The notes beneath the pieces are model-generated. The model was not told the origin of the DNA, ran no database searches, and saw nothing but the letters and a program-made list of their open reading frames with translations. This document shows, one piece after another, positions 12,206 through 24,899 of a stretch of DNA of 64,000 bases. Numbering within the stretch: the stretch's first letter is position 1; the number at the start of each line of letters is the position of its first letter. The DNA is from Hemiscyllium ocellatum (lineage: Eukaryota). The stretch covers positions 72,664,001 through 72,728,000 of the forward strand of contig NC_083417.1 in assembly GCF_020745735.1 (NCBI RefSeq), read 5' to 3'. The translations under genes and the position numbers were made by a program.

Positions 12206-15200
12206 AAATTGACGAAGTCCCACAGCAGAGCTTATTGTGTATGATAAGAGCACATGGAATTAGATGAAGTGTTTTGAGATGGATGAAAAATTAGTTGGCA
12301 GAGGAAGCAAAGAGTAGAAGTTAATGGGTCCCTTTCAGATTAGCAGGCATTAACGAGCGGCGTGCCACAGGGCCCCAGCTATTCACAGTATCTACTAATG
12401 AATTGAAAGGGGAAAAAAAATGTAACATCTCAAAGTTTGCAGATGAAAACAAATTGGGTGCGAGTGTGAATTGTGATGGTCCTTCAGCATGATCTGGGGC
12501 AGGTTGGGTGAGTGGGCAAATTAATGGCAGATACATTGTAATTTGCATAAATGTGAGTTTATTCACTTTCAAAGCAAAAGCAAGAAGGCAGATTACTACA
12601 TGAATGGCTGTAAATTGGGAGAGGGCAATGTGCAGTGGCACCTGGGTGTCATTGCGCACCAGTCGCTGAAATTCAGCATGCAAGTACAGTAGTCGTAAAG
12701 AAAGCAAATAAGCAAGTGCCATGTTGACTTTCATTGTGAGAGTTTTCATGTGCAAGGGATGTGTTGTGCTTATGTTGGGTCTTGATAAGGCCGCATATAG
12801 AACATTGTGTGCATTGGTCTTCTTTTCTGGGGAGAAGTGCTCTTGTGCTTGAGGTGGAGCAGCGAAGGATTAACAGGCTGATTCCAGGAATGGCAGGACT
12901 GATGTATGAGGAAACATTGACTAAGTTAAAATTATTTTTGCTGGAGTTTAGATCTTTTCAAAAGAACAGGGAGGGGGGAAAAAGAGGCACTAGCCAGTTT
13001 CCACACTACTGTTGTAAAATACTGAATGGCCTTAAAAAACTCTTAACATTCACCTGTACCTGTGTTTTCGTTTTTGCTACTGTTTTCCTACTACTTACTA
13101 TCTATGCTACTTAACTATGTGATCTGTCTGTATTGATAGCAAGACAAAGATTTTCACTGTGCCTCAGTAGATGTGACAATAAATTCAAGAGGAGGGAGAG
13201 TAGCATTGTTAATTAGAGAGTCCATCACAGCTGCAGAAAAGGAGGATTTGTTTACTGTGTCAGTATGGGTGGAAGTCAGTAACAGGAAAAGAGTAATCAA
13301 TTTATTGGTGTTTTCTAAAGACCCAACAATAGCAACAGAGAGAAGGAAGAACAGGTTGGAAAGTACATCACAGAAAGGTGGAGACAGAAATATTGTTCTG
13401 CCTTACTTCAACTTCCCCAATATTGATTGAACTCTTTAGTGCAGATGGTCTGGATGGAGCTGATTTTGTCAGGTGTGTCCAGAAAGGATCCCAGACTCAA
13501 GACGTAGGTAAAATTAAAGTGGTGCTGGAAAAGCACAGCAGGTCAGGCAGCGTCTGAGGAGCAGGAAAATCGATGTTTCGAGCAGGAGCCCTTCACCATT
13601 CCTGATGCTGCCTGACCTGCTGTGCTTTTACAGTACCACTCTAAACTCGTCTCTGATCTCCAGCATCTGCAGTCCTCACTTTCACCTACTTAATATGTAG
13701 GCAGGCTGACTGGGGGGAGGCAACATTGGATTTGGTGCGAGGCAATGAGCCAGGCCAGGTGTCAGATCTCTTGGTGGGAGAGCGTTTTGGTGACAGTGAC
13801 CACAACTGCCTCACTTTTACCATAGCCATGGAGGGGAATAGGAACAGACAGTATGGGAAGGTATTTAACTGAGGGAGGAGAAATTACACTAAAATTAGAC
13901 AGGAACTGTGGAGTATAAATAGGGAACAATTGTTCTATGCGATATGCACAACGGAAATGTGGAGGCTGTTTAAGGAGCATTTGTTGCGAGTGTTGGATAA
14001 CGTTGCCTCACTGAGACAGGCAAGGAATGGTAAAGTGAAGGAGCATTGAATGACAAGAGAAGAGGAGTTTCTCGTCAAGAGGGAGAAGGAAACATATTTA
14101 AGGTTGAGGATACAAGGTGCTGGCACAGCTTTAGACAATAACAGGGTAATTTGAAAATAACTCAAAAATGAACTGAGGAGAGCTAGGAGGGGTCACGAAA
14201 AAGCCTTAGTAGGAATGATTAGTGAAAACCCAAATGTAGTCTACACTTAATATGAGGAACATTTGAATGATCAGAGAGAGATTCGGCCCAGATCATGCCT
14301 CACAAGCCTTATTGAGTTCTTTGAGGATATGATGAGACGAATTGATGAAGATCGAGCAGTGGATGTGGTGTATATGGATTTCAATAAGACATTTGATAAG
14401 CTGCCTCACAGCAGAAGTTTGGAGGTATGAGACACAGGGGCATGTGGCTGTCTAGATATAGAAATGGCTGGCCAAAAGAAGGAGCAAGTGCTAGTGGATG
14501 GAAAGTATTCCACCTAGAGGTTAGTGGCCAGTGGTGTCCTGCAGAGATCATGTTCTTGGGCCTCTTCTTTGTAGCTTTTATAAATGACTTGGATGAAGAG
14601 GAAGGGTGGGTGAGTAGGTTTGTCAATGACACAACGTGCAGTTGTGTTGTAGATAGTGTTGCGGGTTTTGCAGGCTATGCATTGCCAGGATGCAGAGCTA
14701 GGCTGAGAAGTAGCAGATGTATTTCAACCTGGATAAATGTGAAGTGATTCATTTTGGAAGATCGAATTTGAATGCTGAATACAGGGTTAAAGACAGGATT
14801 CTTGGCAGAGTGGGAGAGCAACAGGTATTTGGTGTCCATGTACCTCAAAGTTGCCACCCATGTTGATAGGGTTGTTCAGGAGACATATGGTGTTTTGTCT
14901 TTCATTAACAGGGGGATTGAGTTTAAGAGCCATGGGACTTTGTGGCAGCTCTATAAAACCCTGGTTAGACCACACTTGGAATATTGTGTCCAATTCTAGT
15001 CGCCTCATTATAGGAAGGGCATAGATGCTTCAGAGAGGGTGCAGAGGTCGCTGCCTGGATTGGAGGGTATATCTTACGAAGAGAGGTTGAGTGAGCTTGG
15101 GCTTTTCACACTGGAGAGAAGTTAGAGAAGTGACTTGATCAAGGTGTACAACGTAATGAGAGGCACAGACAGAGTAGATAGCCAGAGACATTTCCCCAGG

Positions 15201-15480
15201 GCAGAAATGGCTGTCACGAAGGGTCATAATTTTAAGGTGATTGGAAGAAGGTAGATGGTAGATGTCAGAGGTAGTCAGGAAGTGGTGGGTGATGGAATGC
15301 ATTGCTAGCGGTGGTAGTGAAGTCACAGACATTAGGGATATTTAAGCGACTTCTGGACAAGCATATGGTTGGCAATAAATTGAGGGATGTGTAGGTTAGG
15401 TTGATCTTAGATTAAGATAAATGCTCAGCACAACATCGTGGGCCATAACGCCTGAATGCTGCTGTACTGTTCCATGTTCT
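12206..15480 (+). mobile_element. Stack of decayed CR1-type LINE fragments with SINE-like inserts
   Basis: RT motifs (FADE, LVRPHLEYCVQF) in short ORFs with many stops. Confidence 0.85.
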
Positions 15481-15776
15481 ATGTCTTAGCCATATGTTGC
15501 AGAAAAGGTATATATTTCTGATATTTTCAAGAAAGCGAAAATAAACAGAATCTTCTCCAGGTGAATTCTAATTTTCTGTGTAAAATCAAAGCATTTGCAC
15601 AGAAAATGTCAAATAAAATTTTGATTATTTTCTTGAAAAGAACACTTTTATAATTATAAAGAGCACTCTACATGGTCCTAGCAAGAAAAACGTAAAAGGT
15701 TGGGATTTCTTTCTCGGGAGATTAGGAGGTTGAAAGATGACCTGATAGAAGTTTATAAAATAATGAGGGGTACAGA

Positions 15777-15877
15777 AGCGCTCGGGTAAACGGGAGATGT
15801 GGAGCCGAAAACAGCAAGGGTCACGCTTGGATCTTTTCCAGGCTGCTGAGAGAGAATATTCAGTGGAGTCGGTGGAA
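15777..15877 (-). pseudogene. Relic 5-prime third of a C1 exon
   Basis: VPPTPLNILSQQPGKDPSVTLAVFGSTSPVYP vs VPPIPLKIISKSPENSVPGTLIVLCKTAAFYP; acceptor reads GG instead of AG; CR1-type sequence begins immediately after. Confidence 0.75.
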
Positions 15878-17948
15878 CCAGGGAAGTGAACAGGAAGAAA
15901 ATGAAATTACCTCGACATTAGAAGAGGATTACAGCCCAATCTTTTGTTTCGGGCGATTGCTGGGCAGTTACTGTCCAGTTGGGGGGGGGAAGGTGCTCAT
16001 GGTGGTGAGGGTTGGTGCGCGCTGTTGGTGCCGAGATACGAACATAGTACAGTATCAACGGGAATATTAACTCATCCCCGGACAAAGCGCGGGCAAGAAA
16101 ACGTGGACCGCTGTTGTTACAGACCTGTTTTTCTGTTGGAAATAACTGTCAAGAGACTCCTGAATTGGATTCATGATTTGCTATCGCTGATGGTGCAATA
16201 AGGCAGTTGTGGAAATGACATAACATAGGGGGAAAACAACTGATCCGTAACTGACGCGGAAGCCAACGGAGTCACTTACTTATTGCAAGGAGAAAGCATG
16301 TGAAATGTACAGGACGGTGGTTCCAGCAGTTTTTAGATTTTGAAATATCAGCATTCAAATTTTAATATTTATCTATTAAAACCACACCGACAAAAGAATG
16401 AGCCGTGAGTGTGGTCTTGGAAAAGCAGAGCAGGACAGGCAACATTCGAGGAGCAGCAGAATCCACATTTCAGGCAAAAAGCACTTTATCAGGAATGCTG
16501 CCTAACCTGCTGTGCTTTTCCAGTCTCCTGCCCCGCGGATGCTGCCTGACCTGCTGTGCTTTTCCAGCACCACACTCTTGACTCTAGCCTCCAGCATCTG
16601 CAATCCTCACTTTCGCCGAAAAAGATAAGCCCGTCAAGAAACGTCATCAATAAAAATAAACAGAAATTGTTGGAGAAACTCAACCGGTCTGGCAGGGTGG
16701 AGACTTGGGCACCAGGGAACCTTCTTCTCAAAGAAGATATAAAAAATAAATCATCAAATATAATCAAATCTGTGTCACCCGCGACGGGCTATTGCTTTTA
16801 ACCAATATCGTTGAAATGTCGGAGCAAATTACTCCAGATGCTGGAATCTGTGGACAAATGCTGGCGATCACAGCGGGTCAGGCAGCATCCACGAAGAGAG
16901 AGCAAGTTAACGTTTAGATGCCCCTTGATCAGGGCATGTATCTTTTCATCATCTTGCCAAAGTACTTGAGATTTCTGTTTATGTTCCACGGCTGTATAAT
17001 TCAGGTACAATTGCTAATACATCATTCTAAACATTCTAAACTGCTAATACATCATTGTAAGCTATTGAAATAATGAACGTAAAGTACAGTAGTCAGCGAT
17101 GCAATTTAATTGTGGGCATCTGTCAGGAACTGTGGCGATGTCACCAGGAGCGCACACACACCGCCTGCCATTCGGACCTGCTTGGACACTATGTCACTCA
17201 AAACATACAGCAATGTTGCTGCCTCTCAACATTTCTCCCAACTGACCAGGGAAATCTCTCAGTTCAAGGATAATTACAGTTGGACTAAAGTGTTAACTTG
17301 CCATTGAAGAACATACAACACCAAATACATTTTCAATAAACCCTGTAATGTGAACTTTTCCAAGCACACCCGAGAATAGCTTACGTTTGCTTTCATACAT
17401 ACCCCACACTGTTAAATTGGACCCTGTTCCGTTTCCAATCAATTTACCTTGATGGACGATTGTGCAATAAAACATTCCTCTGTCCTGTACACTGACATTG
17501 ATTAACTGAAGGAAGCCACTGAATTTAGTCCGGAGGCCAATTACTTTTCGTTCATCTTGTGTCAATAATGAGGATCATCTTGCTTCCACCAGGTTACCTT
17601 GACAGCTTGGCCGACTTGAAATAAGGAAAGCGAGAAATGGAAGGACACAGTTGCACCCACTGTTTCAGTCCACGTCCTCTGGTAACTGGGTCACTTTAAC
17701 TGAGATTGCCCCAGAACCTACAGAAAAAGGCATTCACAAATAAACTAGTAGGATTTAATAAAAGAGTTAAAAGAGTGGAGTTCAGTAATTGACTTAACCT
17801 GTCCAAAGGAGAATAGTACACAACATACTACATAAGATTAAATAACAGCTCGACTTTACGGAAAGGCAATATACTGTAGAAAGAGAGAGAATACCTGGGA
17901 AAATTGTGTCAGAATAAAGAGACAGAAAAGTGCAATACTCAGGAACAT
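15777..17948 (-). pseudogene. Paralogue B of the V(J)-C1 receptor: leader (17895-17948), V (17403-17717), truncated C1 (15777-15877)
   Basis: Leader 54 nt (wrong phase); V has a +1 insertion, a 7-nt deletion and first Cys changed to Phe, but keeps WWKQ, FYC and GNGTGSNLTV; C1 start VPPTPLNILS aligns with VPPIPLKIIS of the intact gene. Confidence 0.88.
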
Positions 17949-17965
17949 GATCAATTTACCGGAGA

Positions 17966-17975
17966 GACAGAGCGT
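17966..17975 (-). promoter_or_regulatory. Conserved upstream 10-mer ACGCTCTGTC (paralogue B)
   Basis: 17 nt upstream of the leader ATG. Confidence 0.4.
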
Positions 17976-19789
17976 GAACTGGCTGATAGTTTGCAAGAAC
18001 TTAAAAGTGTCGTTGGATAGGCAGTGTCAGAGTGCAGCGTAACATCCGTTCATTGACCAGGAACGCGACTCTTTCTTGTTCCTTTTGCTAAATTTCAATG
18101 CAACAGTTGGCCATTCGCTGTGTACGGCTCGAGCTGATCATTCAAGCCAGCCTTTCCCTCTGTAGGGAATGTATGGACTGTATGAGCAGAACACACATCA
18201 GTGTGTTCTTTCAAATAATCACATTTAATATTCCAAGCAACGATGAATTTTAAGACCGTCAGTGAAATTCTAATGCCCCCACTCCCCGCGATTTACAAAC
18301 ATCTATCTAGGTTGCATTTTAAAAAAGAACAAATACTCTGCTAACCCGCTTTTCGAGGAAGTGTGATGCGATGCAAAGATATTGTGCGAAAGTGTGAGAA
18401 AAAGACGTTCTCGTCAGGGATGTGTTCCAGGGAGGACTGTGCGCATTATGCAACTGCCATTAATTCTCCAACCTCCCTCAGTTGGAAACGTTCTGGTAAC
18501 ATGCACCCTGCCAAGATCCACTTTGGATTCTATATGTTTCATGCAATTTGACTTATTCTTCTAAAAGCTTAACCTAGACTTTCCAACCAATCCTTATACA
18601 TCAATGGGTCTCTTTGAAATATAGTTCTGGTAAATCATCTCTGGCCTTTTCTCAAAGCCTTTACATCTTTCCTTAAATAACAAGAGCACTATTGTACACA
18701 TGATGCCAGATGTTAACTCACTAATGCCATGTGTACTAATTATAACCTCCTTACTTCTCTGTTTTTCAGGACTGATCTGGAGTGTCTCCCAACCAGAAAT
18801 CATGGATGTACCGACAGATCCACTTTATACTGAACTCCAGGTCATAACAGTACAAATCAGGCAGCCCTGGGCTATAGGGAAAATCTAGCTATGGCCTTCG
18901 GAAGACCATCAGAGATGCAAGATGCAATACAAATCTAAGCCTGGCACCCAGACCAACCACACGGACACCTACCTTTTGTGGCAAAGGTTGCACCATCTTC
19001 CAAAGGAAAGGCAAATAGAATTGTAGGCAACACTACGTTCCTATTCAATGATCTCAATCCATTCTGTGTTCACTTTGAACAGATGGTTACTGAAACTATG
19101 TCACCTGTCGCAACAGCTTCAGATGCACCTGTTCCCACAGTCACTGCAGCAGACGTTAGATCGGTCCACTCCTCCCATTGACCAAACAGGTAATATCCAC
19201 CACTAATATTCACCTATCACTACCTCACCACTCCATCCCCCTCTCCATCCATAACAGTCCCCATCTGCTTTATCTGCAGCTCTCCCTACCTCCCCTCCAT
19301 TCCTGAGACAGGGTAGTACTAGAAATGTTGACTTCTCCACCACCTGTAGAAGTCCCTGGCCATGCATTCAGACCCAGTGGAGAGGAGCAGGCAGGAGTAT
19401 ACACAGAAATGTTTAACATCCTCTTCAGATATGAAGTGCCTACCTGCTTCAAGAAAACCACCATCATCTATGTACCAAAGAAAAATCATGCAATGAGTGT
19501 CACTGACTATTCATAAAACAAAATCTAATTCATATTTAAAATCACTAACTTTTTGAATTCGTTGTCAAAGGTGGAAGGGAGTTTGGAACATTTGTGACCG
19601 TTTGTACTCCAATCATTGATGTATCAAGGCTTTTTGGATTACTGTCTGAACCTCTCATGACAGTTTAAATACCCTTCCAGATGAAGCACCAAGCCTCTTC
19701 GGACATTCACTGTATTTAAATTCATATCAGTTCAAAGGGATCCTGATTTATCCTTTTGTTGATCCGAAATGGATCACATAGAAACTAAA

Positions 19790-21900
19790 ACAGTGCAGGA
19801 CAGTACAGGCTCTTTGGCCCTTGGTGTTGTGTCAAGTGTTTATCCTACTCTAAGTTCAAACTATCCCATGTGCCCTTCATTTTATTATCATCCATACCAC
19901 AAACTCACCACTCTCTGTGCAAAGAATCGACCTCAGATATCTATCCTAAACCTTCCCCAATCACCTTAAAATTATGCCTCTTTGTGACAGCCATTTCTGC
20001 CCTGGGAAAAAGTCTCTGACTATTCACCATCTATTGATGCCTCTCACCATCTTGTACACCTCTATCAAGTTGCCTCTCATTCCTTCTTAGTTCTAGTGAG
20101 AAAAGCCTAAGCTCCCTCAACCTTTCTTCATAACACATGCCGTCCAATCCAGGCAGCATACCTGTAAATCTCCTCTGCCTACTCTTTAAAGCTTCCACAT
20201 CCTTCCTATAATGAGATAATCAGAACTTTACAGAATATTGCAAGTGTGTTCTAACCAGGGGTCTATAGAGCTGCAGAATAACCTTGTGGATCTTAAATTC
20301 AATACCCCTGCTAATGAAAGCCAACACACCATTGTGGAAATGAAACCCAAGATTTCTCTGATACTCCACATGGCCAAGAATCTTACCTCTAACCCTATTT
20401 ACTGCATTCAAGTTCAACCTTGCAAAATGAATCACTGTTTGGGAGAAGATTTGTAGCTCGGTTGCTTGTTGTTGTGGTTCTGTTCGCTGAGCTGGGAATT
20501 TGTGTTGCAGATGTTTCGTCCCCTGTCTAGGTGACATCCTCAGTGCTTGGGAGCCTCCTGTGAAGCGCTTCTGTGATCTTTTCTAAGATCACTTCACACC
20601 TTTCCAGGTTGAACTCCATCTGCCACTTATTAGCCCCTTTTTACATCCTGTCAATTCCCATTGTAACCCACAACAGCCCTCCACACTGTCCACCACTCCA
20701 CCAACCTTTCTGTCATCAGCAGAACTTATTAGCCCACCCTTCCACTTCCTCATCCAAGTCACTTATACAATTCACAAAGAGCAGAGGTCCTGGATCAGAG
20801 CCCTGTGGGACACTACTGGTAACTGAGTGCCAGGCTGAATACTTTCCATCTAGCACCACCCTCTGTCTTCTATGGGCCAACCATTTCTGTAGACGGTCAA
20901 ATTTACTGTATCCCATGCCTCCTTAATTTTGGAATGAGTCTAACATGAGGAACCTTAACAGATGCCTTGCTAAAATGAATGTACACCACATCCACTGCTC
21001 TACCTTCATGAATGTGTTTTCTCATGACCTCAAATAATTCAATAAGGTTTGTGAAGCAAGACCTGCCCCTCACAAAACCAAGCTGACTATCTCAATCAAA
21101 CTATGGTTTTCAAAGTAATCATCAATCCTATCTCTCAGAATACACTCCAATAATTTTCCCACCATTGATGTAGGACTAACTGGTCTGTAATTCCCAGGAA
21201 TATCCCCATTCCCTTTCTTGAACAAGACAATACCATTTGCACCCTCCAATCATCAGTGGACACTGAGGACACAAAGATCATTGCTATAAAGGCACAGCAA
21301 TCTCTTCCCCAACTTCCTGTAGTAACCTTGGGTATATCTCGTCTGGCCGAGGGGACTTATCTGCCCTTACATTTTCCAACATTTTCAGCATATCCTCTTT
21401 CTTAACATCAACCTGTTCAAGCATATCAGCCTGGTTCATGCTGTCGAACATTACACTTGCTTGTATTGAACTCAATCTGTCATTTTTTAAAAAAATCTCT
21501 CATTCACTTAGTCTCTCAATGTCTCTTTGTGCATATATTCTATCACCTACAATGCTGTCTAACTTTGTATCATCAGCAAATTTGGCTACATGATTTTCGT
21601 ACCCATATCCAATTGTTCATCAGTAACATGAAAAATTGAAGCCCTAATACAGATCCTTGTGGGACATCACAGTTTACATCTTTCCATAACATGTACCTGC
21701 CCATTATCCCAACTTTCTTTCGCCAACCACTTACCAATTTCCCAGCCTTATCAGTAACTTTCTCCCAGTTATATGGGTTTCTAATGTAAATGGTTTGTGT
21801 GATTTCATAAAATGCCATTTTGAAGCCCAGAGAAACAACACCCATAGATATTCCGCTGTTGGCCACTTTCGTCATCTCTGCAAACAGTTCAAATAAGGGT
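19790..21900 (-). mobile_element. CR1-type LINE fragments (with a Penelope terminus at 20437-20590)
   Basis: SVTSSVPQGSDPGP, VPQGSVLGL motifs. Confidence 0.85.
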
Positions 21901-22922
21901 TATCACAAACAACTTACTATGTAAATTGGATATTTGACATTAGCACAGAATGTGCTGGAGAAACAAACATGTTTGGCAGGATATATGAAGAAACAAGCAA
22001 AATTTGAAATTAAATATCACTTTTCTCATGATTAAAAACAACACAATTTGTGCTCGCAATTCATTGAAACTAAGGAGCAAATGCAAAAGCGTACGTCTTT
22101 GCTGAGAACAGATCATACAGTGTCAAAAATGGAGAGGTTAGAATGTGGAATGGACAAGCGGTTATACCAGAAGATTCTTGGAGTTAGAGAGAAATAGAGG
22201 AAGAATTCAAGGTTTCTGGAGTTTGTAGCCCTCAACAGAGTGAAACAGAATTAAATGAGAGAAATAAAAAATTAAATTTGGGACCAATACAACTTTGAAT
22301 AATATGAAGCTTAATAATGAAGAAAGAGGTCAAGAGCCTGCATTTGGCAAGACATAGCACAGGGTGTGGATCTCAAATTACAGTGGGAAGCAGCAGTCTG
22401 TGGGATGCTGTGTACCTCGGAGATACCAGTGGATTAAAAGCATGAAGAATGGAATTTCAGTTGAAGTAAAGCAATGCTGAATCACCACTGAGGAAGAAGT
22501 CACTCTGAAAGTGACTTTTGCCGAATCAAATATCAAACGCTAGGAGGAAAACAGAAAGCAATGAATTTGAATACCTTGAAGAATTCCAACTGGACTCCTG
22601 TTACAACTTGTTTCAAGGTGGGCATTCATAGGAAAGATGTGGCAGTGTAAATCACTGTGTAAAGATGTCAAAAATAAAATCTAAATGCTGTAGATGCTCA
22701 AAATATGACATAAAAGAAAATACATTTCTGGAAGAACACATTAGCTTCGCTAGCATTTGTGAGGCAAGAAGGAGAGTCAATATTTTACACCTGATAAGAA
22801 TGTTCTAAGGAAGGAAAAGTAATATTTGCCTTGAAGGATTTCTGTTATTTCACTTTGCATAGATGCTACCAACCTACTCTATGTATTCAGTGTTTCCCCC
22901 TTTATTACAATGTTAGCATTAA

Positions 22923-23303
22923 TCATATTGAATGGGATTCTGTTTGGAAGTCAGCCAGCATATCCATGAATTTTGGAAGGTATTGATGCCCAGTTTGGGG
23001 TTTGGCTAGATACCTCACATATTGTACTAAATCTTTATTAATTGGTTGATGAAAAGTTGGCATTGGACGAATGGAACTTGTTAGACCTACAACTGGGTCT
23101 TCACAAACAATTGACAAGCATGATATCTTTGCAAAAAACAAGTAAATGTCATTCAATCCTGCCACTGAAGGTGACCAAAAGAACAACAGGTGATATAAAT
23201 CAGAAACAAAAAAATAGAAATTGCAGGAAAAGTTAATTTAAAGACAGCAGGTTCTTACCTCCCCTGAAAACAGCCTTTATTCTATTTTGTTCCATCAAAC
23301 TAT
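22923..23303 (-). other. Candidate small cytoplasmic exon (23259-23303, 45 nt, DSLMEQNRIKAVFRG) plus terminal exon (22923-23098), duplication copy 2
   Basis: tttaatttgtccttcag acceptor, GAG|GTAAGA donor, phase 1-1, in frame with the downstream 176-nt exon. Confidence 0.3.
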
Positions 23304-23504
23304 CTGAAGGACAAATTAAATCATCAGTCACGATCAATAACTAGCATTTCTCAATTCATATTTTGTAGAAAATGTGAGGGAATAATTTTCTGTTGGGGAC
23401 AACGTTGCCAGTAATCAATCTCACTTGTTCATATGAAGGCAAGAACATCCTTGAATACCTCAAACGATATCCATCACTCTTGGAGGTTCTAATCCACGAT
23501 CACA

Positions 23505-24112
23505 ATCACCAAAGCTTACCTTCATTGGATGGGGTATTGAGTATAACAGCTGGCAGTTCATGTTAAAATTGTATAAGACTTTGGTTCAGCCACATTTAGA
23601 ATACTGTGTATAGTTCTGGTCGCCATATTACCAAAAGGGTGTGGAGGCTTTGGAGAGGGTGCACAAATGTTTACCCTCTCCAAAGGTTGAGTAGGTTAGG
23701 ATTGTTTTTCTTAGAAAAAATGTGATTGAGGAGGGACCTGATTGAAGTCTACAAAGTCACGAAAAGTATAGACAGGATGGATAGAGATAAGCTTATTCCC
23801 AGTGTGAGGGATTCAATAGCAAGAGATCACACGTTCATGGTGAGTGGTGAAAAGTGTAAGGGGGATGCATGCGGAAAGTACTTCAACAAAGGGTGGTAGG
23901 TGCCTGGAACGCGTAGCCAGCAAAGGTAGTAGAGGCAGGCATGGTAGATTCATTTAAGGTTGGCTGGACTGATGCATGAGTAGATGAGAGCAGAGGGATA
24001 CAGATGCTTAGGAATTGGGAGATATGTTTAGATTGTAGGTTTGGATCGGCTCAGGCTTGGAGGGTCCAAGGGCCTGTTCCTAGACTGTAAAGTTTCTTTG
24101 TTTTTTTTGTTC
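23505..24112 (+). mobile_element. CR1-type LINE 3-prime fragment; copy-2-specific
   Basis: Absent at the homologous site ~5720-5730 of copy 1; LEYCV-type coding remnant and tail. Confidence 0.88.
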
Positions 24113-24723
24113 TTTACTGATATTGCCCTTTAGAACTCTTGGTTGACGCTGAGTTAAGTTACATGCACTGACTTACAGTACTTAAGTTATTCCAGGTTTT
24201 TTAAAACTTTCTTGTCTATTTGATAATTTTTATTGAGCAGAAGTCTGCACAGTCTCCCGAAAACTAGGATAATTTCAAACTGTAAAATTTCGATTGCTGA
24301 ATTTTCAATGGGGGTTCACATATCGAGGTTTACTTTCCGCGAGCTGCCTGATAGGTGTCATATCCATCTGCAAATCCGCCATACAAATTATTTCCAAATT
24401 AAGCTCAGGAGGCTAATGTGTCGCCTAAACACCTACCTTCGCCACCCTTCAATACTTCTGGTGAAATACCATATTTTGCTACGTACAAGCATACATTTGC
24501 TTTTATGTCCTTTGAGTTTTTCACATGGAGCAATCTCAATTTCATACAGACTATGAAATTATAGAATTTGTTCAGTCTATTGTCACGCTTTGTAACGAAC
24601 CAGAATTGGTCAGAGACCTCGAAGTGAAGGAGCCATTGGGAATTAGTGACCATAATACATTAAGCTGAAAATGTGTTGCTGGTTAAAGCACAGCAGGTTA
24701 GGCAGCATCCAAGGAACGGGAAG

Positions 24724-24757
24724 TTCGACGTTTCGGGACAGAGCCCTTCATCAGGAA
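24724..24757 (-). ncRNA. Minimal hammerhead ribozyme motif
   Basis: UUC CUGAUGA A GGG-CUCUGU-CCC GAAAC GUC GAA; stem I UUC/GAA. Confidence 0.65.
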
Positions 24758-24899
24758 TGATGAAGGGCTCTGGCCCGAAACGTCGAACTTCCTGTTCCTT
24801 GGATGCTGCCTAACCTGCTGTGCTTTAACCAGCAACACATTTTCAGCTCTGATCTCCAGCATCTGCAGACCTCACTTTTTACTCGAAGATAATACATTA

